Shown here: positions 27,546-37,911 of the stretch, piece after piece
How the letters are laid out: each line of letters opens with the position of its first letter
How positions within the stretch are numbered: position 1 is the stretch's first letter
Origin: Bernardetia sp.
GTDB taxonomy: Bacteria; Bacteroidota; Bacteroidia; Cytophagales; Bernardetiaceae
Assembly (NCBI GenBank): GCA_020630575.1
Contig: JAHDBD010000016.1
Coordinates: 1-43,154 of the forward strand
Reading direction: 5' to 3'
DNA length: 43,154 bases
Made by a program: the position numbers and the translations under genes
The notes under the pieces: model-generated
The model's database searches: none
The model's input: the letters and a program-made list of their open reading frames with translations, nothing else
Told to the model about the DNA's origin: nothing

Positions 27546-27992
27546 ATGAAACTAACCATTGAAACTCCAATCAACCGTTCTGCCCAAGAGGTATGGAATG
27601 GCTTTACAGAAAAACTGTTTTTAAAACTTAGTCCTCCTTTTCCAAAGCTCAAACTAAATCGTTTTGATGGCTGTAAAGTAGGAGATGAAGTACATTTAGA
27701 ATTAGATTTTGGGATTTATAGCTCAAAATGGACTTCTTATATTGTGGAACAAGCTGAAACAGAAAGTGAAATTTATTTTATAGATACAGCCGAAAAAGAT
27801 TTGCCCTTTCCTCTCAAAAAATGGAAACACCATCACAGAATAAAAAAAATAGATGAGAATTCGTGTATAATTATCGATGATATAGATTATTATACTTCAT
27901 CTAAGATTTTAGATACAATAATTTATCCTGGAATGTGGGCGCAATTTGCCTATAGAAGTCCTGTTTATAAAAAGTTTTTCGAAGAGGATTAA
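27546..27992 (+). CDS. SRPBCC (START/Bet v1-like) family protein
   Basis: 148 aa. The N-terminal pattern IETPINRSAQEVWNGFTE is typical of polyketide-cyclase/SRPBCC-fold small proteins. Confidence 0.45.
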   Translation: MKLTIETPINRSAQEVWNGFTEKLFLKLSPPFPKLKLNRFDGCKVGDEVHLELDFGIYSSKWTSYIVEQAETESEIYFIDTAEKDLPFPLKKWKHHHRIKKIDENSCIIIDDIDYYTSSKILDTIIYPGMWAQFAYRSPVYKKFFEED

Positions 27993-29125
27993 AATTTTGG
28001 TTCTCTAGGCAAACAAACAATAAAAGTAGTTCCTTCATCAACTGTACTTTTTACATCTATTTTTCCCCCATTACTATATACGATATTTCTAACCAAATGT
28101 AATCCAATTCCTCTTCCTTCTATTTCAGTATTATCTTCGTGTAAACGTTGAAACATACCAAATAGACGGTTTTTATTGGCTTCCATGTCGATTCCTATTC
28201 CGTTATCTTCTACATTTAAGCAATAATATTCTTCTTGAGATTCTGCCCATATTTTTATTTTAGGAGTACGTTTCGGAGAGCGATATTTTATAGCATTTGA
28301 AAGGAGGTTTTGCATAATGCTATACATTAAATCGGGAACAAAAGAGATAGTTTGTTCGTCTGTGAGATCTACTTCAATGTCAATATCAGGTTGATTGTAA
28401 ATCTCTCGCATATCTTGAATTACCTTTCTAGTAAAACTAGATAATTCTATTGTATCAAATTTAGAACCTGAGGTTTGCTGTTCGACAAGAGTTTTGACAA
28501 GTGATTTTAATTTAAGGTGTAATTTGTCCACTCCTTTATATACCTCATCCATTACCTCTTCGGCAGTCTGGGTCAAATCATTGTGTTTTTTTTCTAATTC
28601 GTACAGTTGGATAGAAGCCTTTATAGAAACAATAGGTGACATAAGGTCATGAGAAATAATATGAGCAAACTGTTCTAGTTTTTGATTATATCCTCTGAGC
28701 ATGTCCATTGTTTTGGTCATTTGTTTTTGCGCTTCATTACGCTGTAAAGCATACAGAATTGCTCTTTCCATTCCAAACTCATCCAATGTTCCTTTGACAA
28801 TGTAATCAGCTGCTCCTAAAGAAATAGCTTCTAAACCTACATGAACATCATTTAATCCTGTCAAAACAATAACAGGTGTTCCATAATAATTATCTGTAAT
28901 TGTTTTACATGTTTCTAATCCATGACTATCAGGCAATGACAAATCTAAGAATACTAAATCTACTTTTTTTGTATTCAATTCTTTTAAACCCTCAGTAAGA
29001 GTGCCTGCTGTAATCAGGTTTTTGACAGGGAATGTAGTCTTCTCTAGTATTTCTTGCATGAGAAACTGATCAGCTATATTATCTTCTATCAATAAAATAT
29101 GTATTCTATTCAAAGTTCGATTCAT
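27989..29125 (-). CDS. Hybrid response-regulator/histidine kinase (N-terminal REC + HisKA + HATPase_c)
   Basis: 378 aa. REC (ILLIEDNIADQ...VFLDLSLPDSHG), H-box (IISHDLMSPIVSIK), ATPase motifs (EDNGIGID, GRGIGLHL). Last gene of the phytochrome operon. Confidence 0.8.
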   Translation of the reverse strand: MNRTLNRIHILLIEDNIADQFLMQEILEKTTFPVKNLITAGTLTEGLKELNTKKVDLVFLDLSLPDSHGLETCKTITDNYYGTPVIVLTGLNDVHVGLEAISLGAADYIVKGTLDEFGMERAILYALQRNEAQKQMTKTMDMLRGYNQKLEQFAHIISHDLMSPIVSIKASIQLYELEKKHNDLTQTAEEVMDEVYKGVDKLHLKLKSLVKTLVEQQTSGSKFDTIELSSFTRKVIQDMREIYNQPDIDIEVDLTDEQTISFVPDLMYSIMQNLLSNAIKYRSPKRTPKIKIWAESQEEYYCLNVEDNGIGIDMEANKNRLFGMFQRLHEDNTEIEGRGIGLHLVRNIVYSNGGKIDVKSTVDEGTTFIVCLPREPKF

Positions 29126-29181
29126 GATGTAAAAGGTTATTGCTCAAAATTAAAGGTCACTTTTTGTGTTTTTGTTCTAGT

Positions 29182-29610
29182 CTATGAGTTAGGCAGTTTT
29201 ACTATGGTCAGCCAAAAATTATTTATAGAAGAAACAATTTTGGTAAATTCATCCATTTCAACAGGCTTACTAATATAACTATTTGCATGATTTTTATATG
29301 CAAATTTTACATCTTCTTCATTTTCAGAAGTAGTCATAATCACAACAGGTATGAGACAAAGTTCGTCATGTCCTTTGATTTCCTTTAATACTTCTCTTCC
29401 ATCTTTACGAGGCATGTTCAAATCCAAGATAATTAAATCTGGCAACTTTTCACTATCATTTTCTAGTCTTTCATAAAGATATTCCATTGCCTTTTCGCCA
29501 TCAATAACAGTATCAATATCAAGATTAAGTTTACTTTCAAGCAAACTTTCTTGAATTAATACAGTATCAGCAAGATTATCTTCTACTAAAAGAATTTTGA
29601 TGGGTTTCAT
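29182..29610 (-). CDS. Single-domain CheY-like response regulator
   Basis: 142 aa. KILLVEDNLADT...LIILDLNMPRKDG receiver motifs. Immediately downstream of the bacteriophytochrome gene. Confidence 0.8.
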   Translation of the reverse strand: MKPIKILLVEDNLADTVLIQESLLESKLNLDIDTVIDGEKAMEYLYERLENDSEKLPDLIILDLNMPRKDGREVLKEIKGHDELCLIPVVIMTTSENEEDVKFAYKNHANSYISKPVEMDEFTKIVSSINNFWLTIVKLPNS

Positions 29611-29741
29611 AATTATTTTTACTTTGTTTGTAAGTAAGTGTTTATTTGATTAGTTAGTTATATTTAGATAAACAACGAATCATCTATCTTTGTTTATTTT
29701 TATTTTATATCAGCTAAGTGCTATTTATTTAAAACAATTTA

Positions 29742-32156
29742 TTAATCTGATTTTTTCAATGTAAAATGGATAGTTGTTCCTTCTCCAAATTTACTTTTCT
29801 GAGTATCTAGCCAAATTTTTCCGTTATGCTGTTCTACAATTTTTTGACAAAGAGCAAGTCCGATTCCTGTTCCTTCATATTGTTCTTTTGTGTGCAAACG
29901 TTGAAACAAAACAAAGATTCTCTCAGCAAACCTTGAATCAATTCCGATTCCATTATCTGAGATAGTAAATTCAAAATACTCTTCTGTTTCTGTATAAGAT
30001 ACTTTTATATGAGGAGTTTCTTCCGAACGATATTTAATTGCATTTCCTATTAAATTTTGAAAAAGTTGAGTTAGTTTTGTTTCATTACCCATTAAATTGG
30101 TTGTGGGCAATTCATTTTTTAATTCTATTTTAGCTTCTGTTTCTTCTATTCGAAGTGTCAGATTTTTAAGAGCATTTTGATAAATATCTTGTAAGTTAAC
30201 TTGTTTGTGAGGCGTTTCGTTGCGATGCAATCTTGAATAAAGCAGCAAATCCATAATAAGACTTTTCATTCTGTTAGAACCTTCAATAATAAAACCAATA
30301 TACATATCAGCTTTTTCATCTAATTGCCCTTTATAGCGTTTTTCTAAAAGTTGGCTAAAACTAGCAATTGCTCTCAATGGTTCTTGCAAATCATGAGAAG
30401 CTACATAAGCAAAGTGTTCTAGTTCTTTATTGGTAAGCTCTAAAAGCTGCATCCCATCTTTTAATTGTTTCGCTATTTTTTCTCTTGTCTGTATCTCTGT
30501 ATTTAATTTTTCATTTGTTGTTGTGAGTTCTTCTGTACGAATTTGTACTTGTTGTTCCAATTCTTTCCTTCTTAGTTCTTCTCTATATTCATTCATATTT
30601 TGAGTAACAAGATAGAAAATTTTAGACTGAATATTCTGCACGACATCTATTTCTGTTGTACTCCATTCTTTCGAATGACACTCTACCCTCTGATTCCATT
30701 TAGCAAATGAATTTCTAGGTTTAAGTACAAACTCATCTCCGTTTTTGAAAATAGCCTTTTCAGGCTTTCCTCCCCAACTTATACTCTGTTGTAATTCTTT
30801 TCTAAACCAAATTATACGGCTATTATCTTCTTTTGAAATAATAATACTCAGCAATCCTGAACAGATAGTTGTATCTATCTTGATACTTGGAATATCATCC
30901 GTAATGCAAGAAGAAAAAAACAATTCATTTTCATGTTCCTTATCCAACCAATCCGTAATTTCCCAAATTTGTTCATCAGTTGGTGTAAGTCCTACTTTTT
31001 TTATTTTTCTAGCACTTTCAATAAGATTGACAACAGCAAAACCATCAGCTTCTAAAAATCTAAGAAAAGAATTCCCTTTCTTTATCATTCCTGCATAGAT
31101 ATTTTTCTCTTCATTAAGCGATTCGATAATACCTTCTGATAAAATTCGTTTTTCTAATCTATCATACTGAACAGCATTTTTTTGTAATCTGTCAATTTGT
31201 AGTGAAACGAGCTGACCAAAAAACTCAGATGTCATACGAGTAGAATAATCTACTCTTTTAGCAGAGTTGTGATGGCACGAGATAAGTCCCCACAGTTTAT
31301 TATCGATAACAATAGAAATAGACATAGAAGAACCCACTCCCATATTTTTGAGATATTCGATATGCACAGGAGAAACACTTCGAAGCGTAGAAAAACTCAA
31401 ATCTAAATAATCATTTTGTAGAGAATCAGCTAATAAAATAGGAGAGGGTTTATAGTCTGTATCTACAATCAAACGCAGCCAATTTTTGAGATATAATTCT
31501 CTTGCTTGCTGAGGAATATCGGTAGAAGGAAACCATAAATCATAATAAGGATTCATTTCCTCTCTTTTTATTTCGGCTACAATTTGTCCATCATATTCTT
31601 CATTAAATTTGTAAAGCATTACCCTATCAAAATCTGTAATATTTCTTACTTCTTCTACAATCACTTTATACAGCTCTGTCAGTGTATTTGAATGCTGAAA
31701 ACGAATAATAGACTTTTTATTAATTTGATAAAAATTATCTCTTATAAGTTCTGTTTTTTCTGTATCTATTGATTCTAATTCTAATATAAATCCTTGATTA
31801 CTTTTGTGAATAATTCCATCAAATGGCTTTTTTTCTGTATCTATTTCTAAGAAAAGACGTAACGGATTGATTGTTTTGTAATAAGCTGTTTTTTGTTGTA
31901 GGTTAGCCTCTTTTATCTTTTTTTGGATAAAAAGAGTTTGTCTTTCTCCCAATAATTTAGAAAGAGAATTATTTATAAGGTCTTCAAAACTATAATTTGT
32001 TTCTTGTATTAGATTTTGACTTACCCCTAATACTGTCATTTCTTCTGAAAATACAATCAAAAAACCATGAGGTTGTATTGAACCTAAACGATGTATAGGC
32101 TCTTTTGCACAATTTTCAATAGCATTTTTTAATTCCTTTTCAGATAAATTAGACAT
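29742..32156 (-). CDS. bphP: Bacteriophytochrome photoreceptor histidine kinase (PAS-GAF-PHY-HisKA-HATPase)
   Basis: 804 aa. N-terminal biliverdin-attachment motif NCAKEPIHRLGSIQPHGFLIV (cf. CEREPIHIPGSIQPHG of BphPs). GAF/PHY region. H-box ASHDLQEPLR. ATPase boxes DNGIGID, GTGIGLAL. Confidence 0.85.
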   Translation of the reverse strand: MSNLSEKELKNAIENCAKEPIHRLGSIQPHGFLIVFSEEMTVLGVSQNLIQETNYSFEDLINNSLSKLLGERQTLFIQKKIKEANLQQKTAYYKTINPLRLFLEIDTEKKPFDGIIHKSNQGFILELESIDTEKTELIRDNFYQINKKSIIRFQHSNTLTELYKVIVEEVRNITDFDRVMLYKFNEEYDGQIVAEIKREEMNPYYDLWFPSTDIPQQARELYLKNWLRLIVDTDYKPSPILLADSLQNDYLDLSFSTLRSVSPVHIEYLKNMGVGSSMSISIVIDNKLWGLISCHHNSAKRVDYSTRMTSEFFGQLVSLQIDRLQKNAVQYDRLEKRILSEGIIESLNEEKNIYAGMIKKGNSFLRFLEADGFAVVNLIESARKIKKVGLTPTDEQIWEITDWLDKEHENELFFSSCITDDIPSIKIDTTICSGLLSIIISKEDNSRIIWFRKELQQSISWGGKPEKAIFKNGDEFVLKPRNSFAKWNQRVECHSKEWSTTEIDVVQNIQSKIFYLVTQNMNEYREELRRKELEQQVQIRTEELTTTNEKLNTEIQTREKIAKQLKDGMQLLELTNKELEHFAYVASHDLQEPLRAIASFSQLLEKRYKGQLDEKADMYIGFIIEGSNRMKSLIMDLLLYSRLHRNETPHKQVNLQDIYQNALKNLTLRIEETEAKIELKNELPTTNLMGNETKLTQLFQNLIGNAIKYRSEETPHIKVSYTETEEYFEFTISDNGIGIDSRFAERIFVLFQRLHTKEQYEGTGIGLALCQKIVEQHNGKIWLDTQKSKFGEGTTIHFTLKKSD

Positions 32157-32220
32157 AGAGAAATAAGTAATTTGGAATGAATAAAGATAATTTCTTAGCT
32201 TTAATATGTATTAATTATTT

Positions 32221-32832
32221 TTATTGTAAAATGTTTTTAGCTTTATAAAATGCTGCTTCAAAATAGAGATATGCTTTTTCTGCTCCTTCTAAAAACATTT
32301 CTTTTTTTTGCTCTGTATTACACGTTTGTTCAACTAATTCTTTAAATGACTTCCACAAATAAGATGTTTTTTCTTCATAATTTTTAAAGAAATCAAAGTT
32401 TGTAACTAAAGGAATTTCTTTATTTTGAGCCAAAATTCTATGAATCATCTTTCCTCCCAACATTGAACCCTCTGCTACATACAGCCAGCCCAAAAGATTC
32501 TCAAAACTAGAAAAATGAATTGTATTTTCTTGTTGTTTGAGTTCTTGAAAAATAGCTACAGGAAGCATTGCTCTTAATTCTATTTCTAAAGAATCATTCT
32601 TTATACGATTTAAAAAATCTAGTTTTTTGATTTGCTCTTCTTGATTTTCATCTTTTAGAGATAAAAAAAAATGACTTTGATGTTCTAAATGAGAATGAAA
32701 AAGATAATTGGTACTTAAAAGCAACTTATAATCTTCAACAGAAAAATTACTCAAACGGTCTGAACCAATCAGACTTTCCATTAAATCATGCCTAGGGCGA
32801 GTAACAGTTCGGACAGTTTGAAGAATAGACAT
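32221..32832 (-). CDS. bphO: Heme oxygenase (BphO-like, biliverdin-producing)
   Basis: 203 aa helical protein. Conserved heme-oxygenase motif LGWLYVAEGSMLGG. Positioned directly upstream of bphP, as in canonical bphO-bphP operons. Confidence 0.7.
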   Translation of the reverse strand: MSILQTVRTVTRPRHDLMESLIGSDRLSNFSVEDYKLLLSTNYLFHSHLEHQSHFFLSLKDENQEEQIKKLDFLNRIKNDSLEIELRAMLPVAIFQELKQQENTIHFSSFENLLGWLYVAEGSMLGGKMIHRILAQNKEIPLVTNFDFFKNYEEKTSYLWKSFKELVEQTCNTEQKKEMFLEGAEKAYLYFEAAFYKAKNILQ

Positions 32833-33063
32833 AGTGGATATGAAAGATAAAAAATAGAATGTTTAAAAAATAGTCTAGCTTTATTAAACAGTAAAGATAC
32901 AATGTTTAAACTTAACTCACAAAATAACATCTTAAAAAAAAATCATTAAACAAATATAAGTTATAACACACAAAACCCTTACTTATTTTTGAAAAATAAG
33001 TAAGGGCGATATACTTTCTAACGACAACAGTAAGCCTTCTTTATCGTATAGATAGAAAACGAA

Positions 33064-33216
33064 TTAGCTATTCACAGAAGAATTTTGAACTGTGTTTGTT
33101 TTTTTAGCATACGTAGGACATGTTTTGTAAGAGGCACAAGAACTAGCTGTGATTACTAAAAGACAACCGATAATAGCTGATGCTCTGCGAAGATTTTTGA
33201 TTGAAGTAATTTTCAT
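33064..33216 (-). CDS. Possible small lipoprotein (50 aa)
   Basis: Manual translation MKITSIKNLRRASAIIGCLLVITASSCASYKTCPTYAKKTNTVQNSSVNS*. The n-region, hydrophobic core and Cys are lipobox-like. Not in the ORF track because it is under 60 aa. Confidence 0.3.
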   Translation of the reverse strand: MKITSIKNLRRASAIIGCLLVITASSCASYKTCPTYAKKTNTVQNSSVNS

Positions 33217-33627
33217 AGAAGTAAATTTTGAGGTATAAAATATCTTTAGGATTACTAGGATAATGGTAAAATACTAGTTCAAGAAATAAATATAAGTAAA
33301 AGACGATAATAATACAAAAGTACGAAATTTTTGATGACTTGGTTCTGTCAAAATGTATTTAGAGAACGTATTTTTGTTTAAATTGGTATATATTAATGGT
33401 GTATAAAATTTAAAGCAAATAACTTGCCTTTTTGGTGCATAATACGTCATAAAGATACTAATCTTCAAATAGTTATAGCTTCATTTTTTTCGTCGAGTAT
33501 TTCAGATTATTTACCGAGCATTTTTATCATATAGCTTCTTTATGGCTACAAGTTTGAAAAGTATAGCAAAGACTAAGTAAAAATCCTATTTCCTATACGC
33601 ACCCATACGTAATTAATAATTTAAGTT

Positions 33628-36600
33628 ATGAGATCTCTATCTTCTTTAAATACTAGTTTTACCAAAAAAAATTTATATAATCTATATAGAAGTGTTTTTT
33701 CGCTTCCATTTTTTATAGTACCTCTTCTAGGTTACATTGTCCTTTTGGTAGTCCTTTTCTTTGGCTCTAGTTTTTCTACGTTCGCCCAAAAAGGAATTTC
33801 TAAACAAATACAAGCCGAACAAATCCAACAAGCACAAGCAATAATGGGCTTGCGTTTCAAAAAATTTAACTCTGATGATGGTTTAGCACAAAATAATATT
33901 ACTGCTATTTTACAGGATACTCGTGGTTTTTTATGGATAGGAACAGGCGACGGACTTAGTCGTTATGATGGATATGAGTTCAAAAACTATACGCACATAG
34001 TAGAAGATTCTTCTTCACTTTCATCTGGAATGGTAACAGCTCTACACCAAGACGATAATGGAGTGCTTTGGGTAGGAACTACAAATGGAATCAATAAATA
34101 TGATTTTACTCAAGATCGTTTTATTCAATACAGGCTTAAAGAAAACAAAATTTCTAATCTAAATACTCGTACAGTAAGAAGTATTTTTCAAGATAGTCAT
34201 GAAACACTTTGGGTAGGAACTGAAAACGGAATCAAGATTTATGATAAGCTAAATAATAGTATAGAATACTCACAAGAATATAATGGTCTTTTAGATGTTC
34301 CTGTTTTGGCTTTGTTCGAAGATAGTGATAGTACATTTTGGGTAGGAACTGAAAATGGTCTTTACAAATTAGATAGACACCGTAAAGCATTTGTTTCTGT
34401 TTTTATAAATGACAAACAACTTACACAATTTCCTGTCTATACTTTTTTTGAAGATAAAAAACAAAACCTTTGGATAGGAACACAAGAAGGAGCTTTTAAA
34501 CTAGATAGAAAAAAAACAGAAGTACAAAAATATTCTTCTACTAGTTTTCCACATACACTTAGTAATGATATTGTCAAAACAATTGCACAAGATCAAAAAG
34601 GAGACATTTGGGTAGGAACGTATGGAGGTGGCATCAATCGTTTTATAGCCAAAACAGAACAAATCATAACTATCCGTCAGAATGATGCTGAACAGTATTC
34701 ATTGAGTGATGATATTGTACAAACTATCTACCACGACCGAAGTGGCATTATGTGGATAGGAACTTATGATGGTCTTAATAAATATGATGAAGAAAAAGAG
34801 GTCTTTTATAATTATCCAATTCCGTTACAATATGTAGCACACCATCTTCAAACCGAAATTTGGGCTTTAGAACAAGATTATTTAGGAAATACTTGGCTAG
34901 GAACAGAAAACGGATTGTATGTCTATATGCCAAAGCCAGAATCAACAGAATGGCAACTCATCAAAATAAGTGATAAAATTGGACTTCGAAACAAACATAT
35001 TTTGAGTTTATTAGAAGACAAAAACGGCAATCTTTGGATAGGAACACTACAAGACGGATTGTACAAATACAATTTAAAATCATTAGGACTTACAGGAAAC
35101 TCTACTTCTGAAGCTATTCCATTTGATTTGACCAAATTAGCAAATAAACAAGAAAAAAATGACCCTCAACTTGCAGACAATAGTGTCTGGACAATGATGC
35201 AAGATACATATAATGATATTTGGATAGGAACAAATAATGGACTTTATGCTATAAAAGGCAAAACTGAAAAAGTATATAAATATACAGAAAGAGATGGCTC
35301 AGGATTAAGTGATAATTCAGTATGGGCATTATTACAAGATAGATATGGCATTTTGTGGGTAGGAACGAGCAATGGACTTAATCGTTTTAGAAAACAAAGT
35401 AATGATTTTATTACCTACAATCAAGCCAATGATAATTCTGGTGGACTTAGTAATGGTTATATTGTTACTCTTTTTGAAGATGAAACAGGCGTACTTTGGG
35501 CAGGAACACATGGAGGAGGGCTTAATCGTTTCCATAAAGAAGCTGATAATTTTACACATTACACAGAAAAAGATGGTTTGCCTGATGGTGTAATTTATGC
35601 CATCGAACAAGACAACAGTCGTCATTTATGGATTAGTACAAATAGAGGTTTGTCAAGGTTTAATATTGATACACAAGTTTTTAGAAATTATGATGTAAAT
35701 GATGGGCTTCCAAGCAATCGCTTCAATCACAATGCCATAGAAAGAACAAAAAATGGTGAACTTATCTTTGGTACAGTGTATGGAATTACTGTCTTTCATC
35801 CAGATAGCATTAAGGACAATAATTATATTCCACCTGTTTATCTTACTAATTTAAAGATTTTGGGTAGAGATATTCGTGCAAATGACGAAACAGGCATTTT
35901 GAGTAGAAATATTGCTCAAACAGACATGATAACACTTGCTCACGGACAAAATAGTTTTTCGGTTGATTTTGTCGCCCTAAATTATCGTCTTCCTAAAAAA
36001 ACGGTCTATATGTACAAATTAGAAGGTTTTGATGAGGAATGGCATTATACATCTTATCGTAATCATACTGCATCTTATACCAACTTACCAGAAGGACGAG
36101 AATATATTTTGAGAGTAAAAGCTGCCAATAATGATGGATACTGGAATGAAAGTGGTGCTACTTTACGTATCTATATTAACCCTCCTTATTGGGAAGCAAT
36201 TTGGTTCAAAATTGCATTAGCTATGCTTTTGATTGGTGCTGGAGCTTCATTTTGGTTTTGGCGAAATGGGGAAATGCAAAAACAAAAAAGTCGTCTTTCT
36301 ATGGAAGTTCATCAAAGAACAAATGAACTAGAAGAAGAAAAAGAAAAATTACAGATTGCTTACAACGAAATTTCTAATCAAAGTCGTCAGATTTTAGATA
36401 TGAATGCTGTTTTAAAACAAAAACAAGCCGAAGTAATGGCACAACGTGATGACCTTTCAAAACAAAGAAATGAAATCGAAAATTCGTATCAAAATGTACG
36501 TGTACTCTCAGATATTGGGCAACAAGTAACAGCTACTTTAGATTTTGACCAAATGGTAGCCGTACTTTATCAGCATGTAAATAGTTTAATGAATGCCCCA

Positions 36601-37791
36601 GGTTTCGGAATTGGTGTTTTGAATGAGAAAAGCAGTTTGATAGAATTTAGAGGATATTCAGTAGAAGGAAACCCCTTAAAGTATGATTTTAATGCAGCTA
36701 GAGATAAAACATTACTTTCTGCTTGGGCAATCCGTAATCAAAAAGAAGTAAAAATTGGAGACCTTCAAAGTGAATATGCAAAGTATGTAGCTGGAGAAGT
36801 AGTAGCAGTAGGAACTACAATTCCAAAATCGCTTATTTATTTGCCGTTGGCTATCAAAAACCGTCCTGTTGGTGTTCTGACAGTACAATCTTTAGAGAAA
36901 AATACTTATTCTGACCGTCATTTGACATTATTAAAGGGATTAGCTTCTTATGTTTCGATTGCCTTAGATAATATACAAAATTATTCGGAGCTAGGTCAGG
37001 CTAAAAATACAATTCAGGAAAGTAGTGTTCGTATTATGGACAGTCTGCGTTATGCACAAACGATTCAACAAGCCATTTTGCCTACTGATGATATGCTTAA
37101 AAATAGTTTTGATGATTCATTTATGATTTTCAAACCAAAAGATGTTGTTTCTGGAGATTTTTATTGGCTTAGAGAAATTGAAGGACGCACTTTTATTGCT
37201 TCTGTTGATTGTACAGGACATGGAGTACCAGGAGCATTTATGTCTATGATTGGAAGTAGATTACTCAATGAAATTATCAATGAAGCAAATGTTCTTGAAC
37301 CTGCAAAAATTTTAGACGAATTACACGTTCGTTTGAAAACGGCTTTAAAACAAGAAGATTCTAAAAATGATGATGGAATGGATGTTTCTCTATGTAGAAT
37401 TGATGCTTTAGAAGAAGATACACTAGAAAGAGAAATTGTTTTTGCAGGTGCAAAACGTCATGCTGTTTGGATAAGCAGAGGAGAATCACATATCTTGAAA
37501 GGCGATAAAAAATCTATTGGTGGTTGGAGAAAAAGCAAAAAACGTCCGTTTATTCAACTTCAAATGACTGCCAAAAAAGGGGATGCGCTTTACTTATTTA
37601 CTGATGGAATAACTGATCAAAATAATATTGCAGGTGCAAAATATGGTTCGAAACGTTTACATCAATTATTAAATCAGAATTCAGATTTTGATATGAGTGA
37701 ACAAAAAACTATTTTAGAAGAAGATTTGGAGCGTCATCAAGGAAATCAAAAACAACGTGATGATATTACCCTTATCGGAATTAGACTTTAA
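33628..37791 (+). CDS. Sensor protein: periplasmic two-component-regulator propeller repeats + Y_Y_Y domain, TM, coiled coil, GAF, PP2C/SpoIIE phosphatase
   Basis: 1387 aa. More than 12 repeats of the WIGTxxGLxxYD motif (Reg_prop). Y_Y_Y (YKLEGFDEEWHYTSYRN...YILRVKAANNDGYWNE). TM (IALAMLLIGAGASFWFW). GAF-like region. PP2C motifs (ASVDCTGHGVPGAFMSMIG, LFTDGITD). Confidence 0.8.
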   Translation: MRSLSSLNTSFTKKNLYNLYRSVFSLPFFIVPLLGYIVLLVVLFFGSSFSTFAQKGISKQIQAEQIQQAQAIMGLRFKKFNSDDGLAQNNITAILQDTRGFLWIGTGDGLSRYDGYEFKNYTHIVEDSSSLSSGMVTALHQDDNGVLWVGTTNGINKYDFTQDRFIQYRLKENKISNLNTRTVRSIFQDSHETLWVGTENGIKIYDKLNNSIEYSQEYNGLLDVPVLALFEDSDSTFWVGTENGLYKLDRHRKAFVSVFINDKQLTQFPVYTFFEDKKQNLWIGTQEGAFKLDRKKTEVQKYSSTSFPHTLSNDIVKTIAQDQKGDIWVGTYGGGINRFIAKTEQIITIRQNDAEQYSLSDDIVQTIYHDRSGIMWIGTYDGLNKYDEEKEVFYNYPIPLQYVAHHLQTEIWALEQDYLGNTWLGTENGLYVYMPKPESTEWQLIKISDKIGLRNKHILSLLEDKNGNLWIGTLQDGLYKYNLKSLGLTGNSTSEAIPFDLTKLANKQEKNDPQLADNSVWTMMQDTYNDIWIGTNNGLYAIKGKTEKVYKYTERDGSGLSDNSVWALLQDRYGILWVGTSNGLNRFRKQSNDFITYNQANDNSGGLSNGYIVTLFEDETGVLWAGTHGGGLNRFHKEADNFTHYTEKDGLPDGVIYAIEQDNSRHLWISTNRGLSRFNIDTQVFRNYDVNDGLPSNRFNHNAIERTKNGELIFGTVYGITVFHPDSIKDNNYIPPVYLTNLKILGRDIRANDETGILSRNIAQTDMITLAHGQNSFSVDFVALNYRLPKKTVYMYKLEGFDEEWHYTSYRNHTASYTNLPEGREYILRVKAANNDGYWNESGATLRIYINPPYWEAIWFKIALAMLLIGAGASFWFWRNGEMQKQKSRLSMEVHQRTNELEEEKEKLQIAYNEISNQSRQILDMNAVLKQKQAEVMAQRDDLSKQRNEIENSYQNVRVLSDIGQQVTATLDFDQMVAVLYQHVNSLMNAPGFGIGVLNEKSSLIEFRGYSVEGNPLKYDFNAARDKTLLSAWAIRNQKEVKIGDLQSEYAKYVAGEVVAVGTTIPKSLIYLPLAIKNRPVGVLTVQSLEKNTYSDRHLTLLKGLASYVSIALDNIQNYSELGQAKNTIQESSVRIMDSLRYAQTIQQAILPTDDMLKNSFDDSFMIFKPKDVVSGDFYWLREIEGRTFIASVDCTGHGVPGAFMSMIGSRLLNEIINEANVLEPAKILDELHVRLKTALKQEDSKNDDGMDVSLCRIDALEEDTLEREIVFAGAKRHAVWISRGESHILKGDKKSIGGWRKSKKRPFIQLQMTAKKGDALYLFTDGITDQNNIAGAKYGSKRLHQLLNQNSDFDMSEQKTILEEDLERHQGNQKQRDDITLIGIRL

Positions 37792-37795
37792 TAAC

Positions 37796-37911
37796 TGGAG
37801 ATTGGAGATTGGGAATTAGAGAATGGAGAATTACAAATTAATGATTACGAATTACAGAATTCAGATACAGTATTTAACTGGTAACTGATAACTGATAACT
37901 GATAACTGAAT
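37796..37911 (+). repeat. Two heptanucleotide tandem-repeat tracts in the intergenic spacer, ending at the ATG of the next gene
   Basis: GGAGATT GGAGATT GGGAATT AGAGAAT GGAGAAT at 37796..37833. A degenerate ATTACGA/ATTACAG/AATTCAG tract follows. A perfect (ATAACTG)x4 abuts the start codon at 37912. Confidence 0.6.

Noticed and set aside
33274-33468. 64-aa minus-strand ORF in the gap upstream of the PP2C sensor gene
   Set aside because: Low-complexity translation (FYTPLIYTNLNKN...). It lies in an AT-rich promoter-like region. It has no signal or motif content. It is likely a chance ORF.
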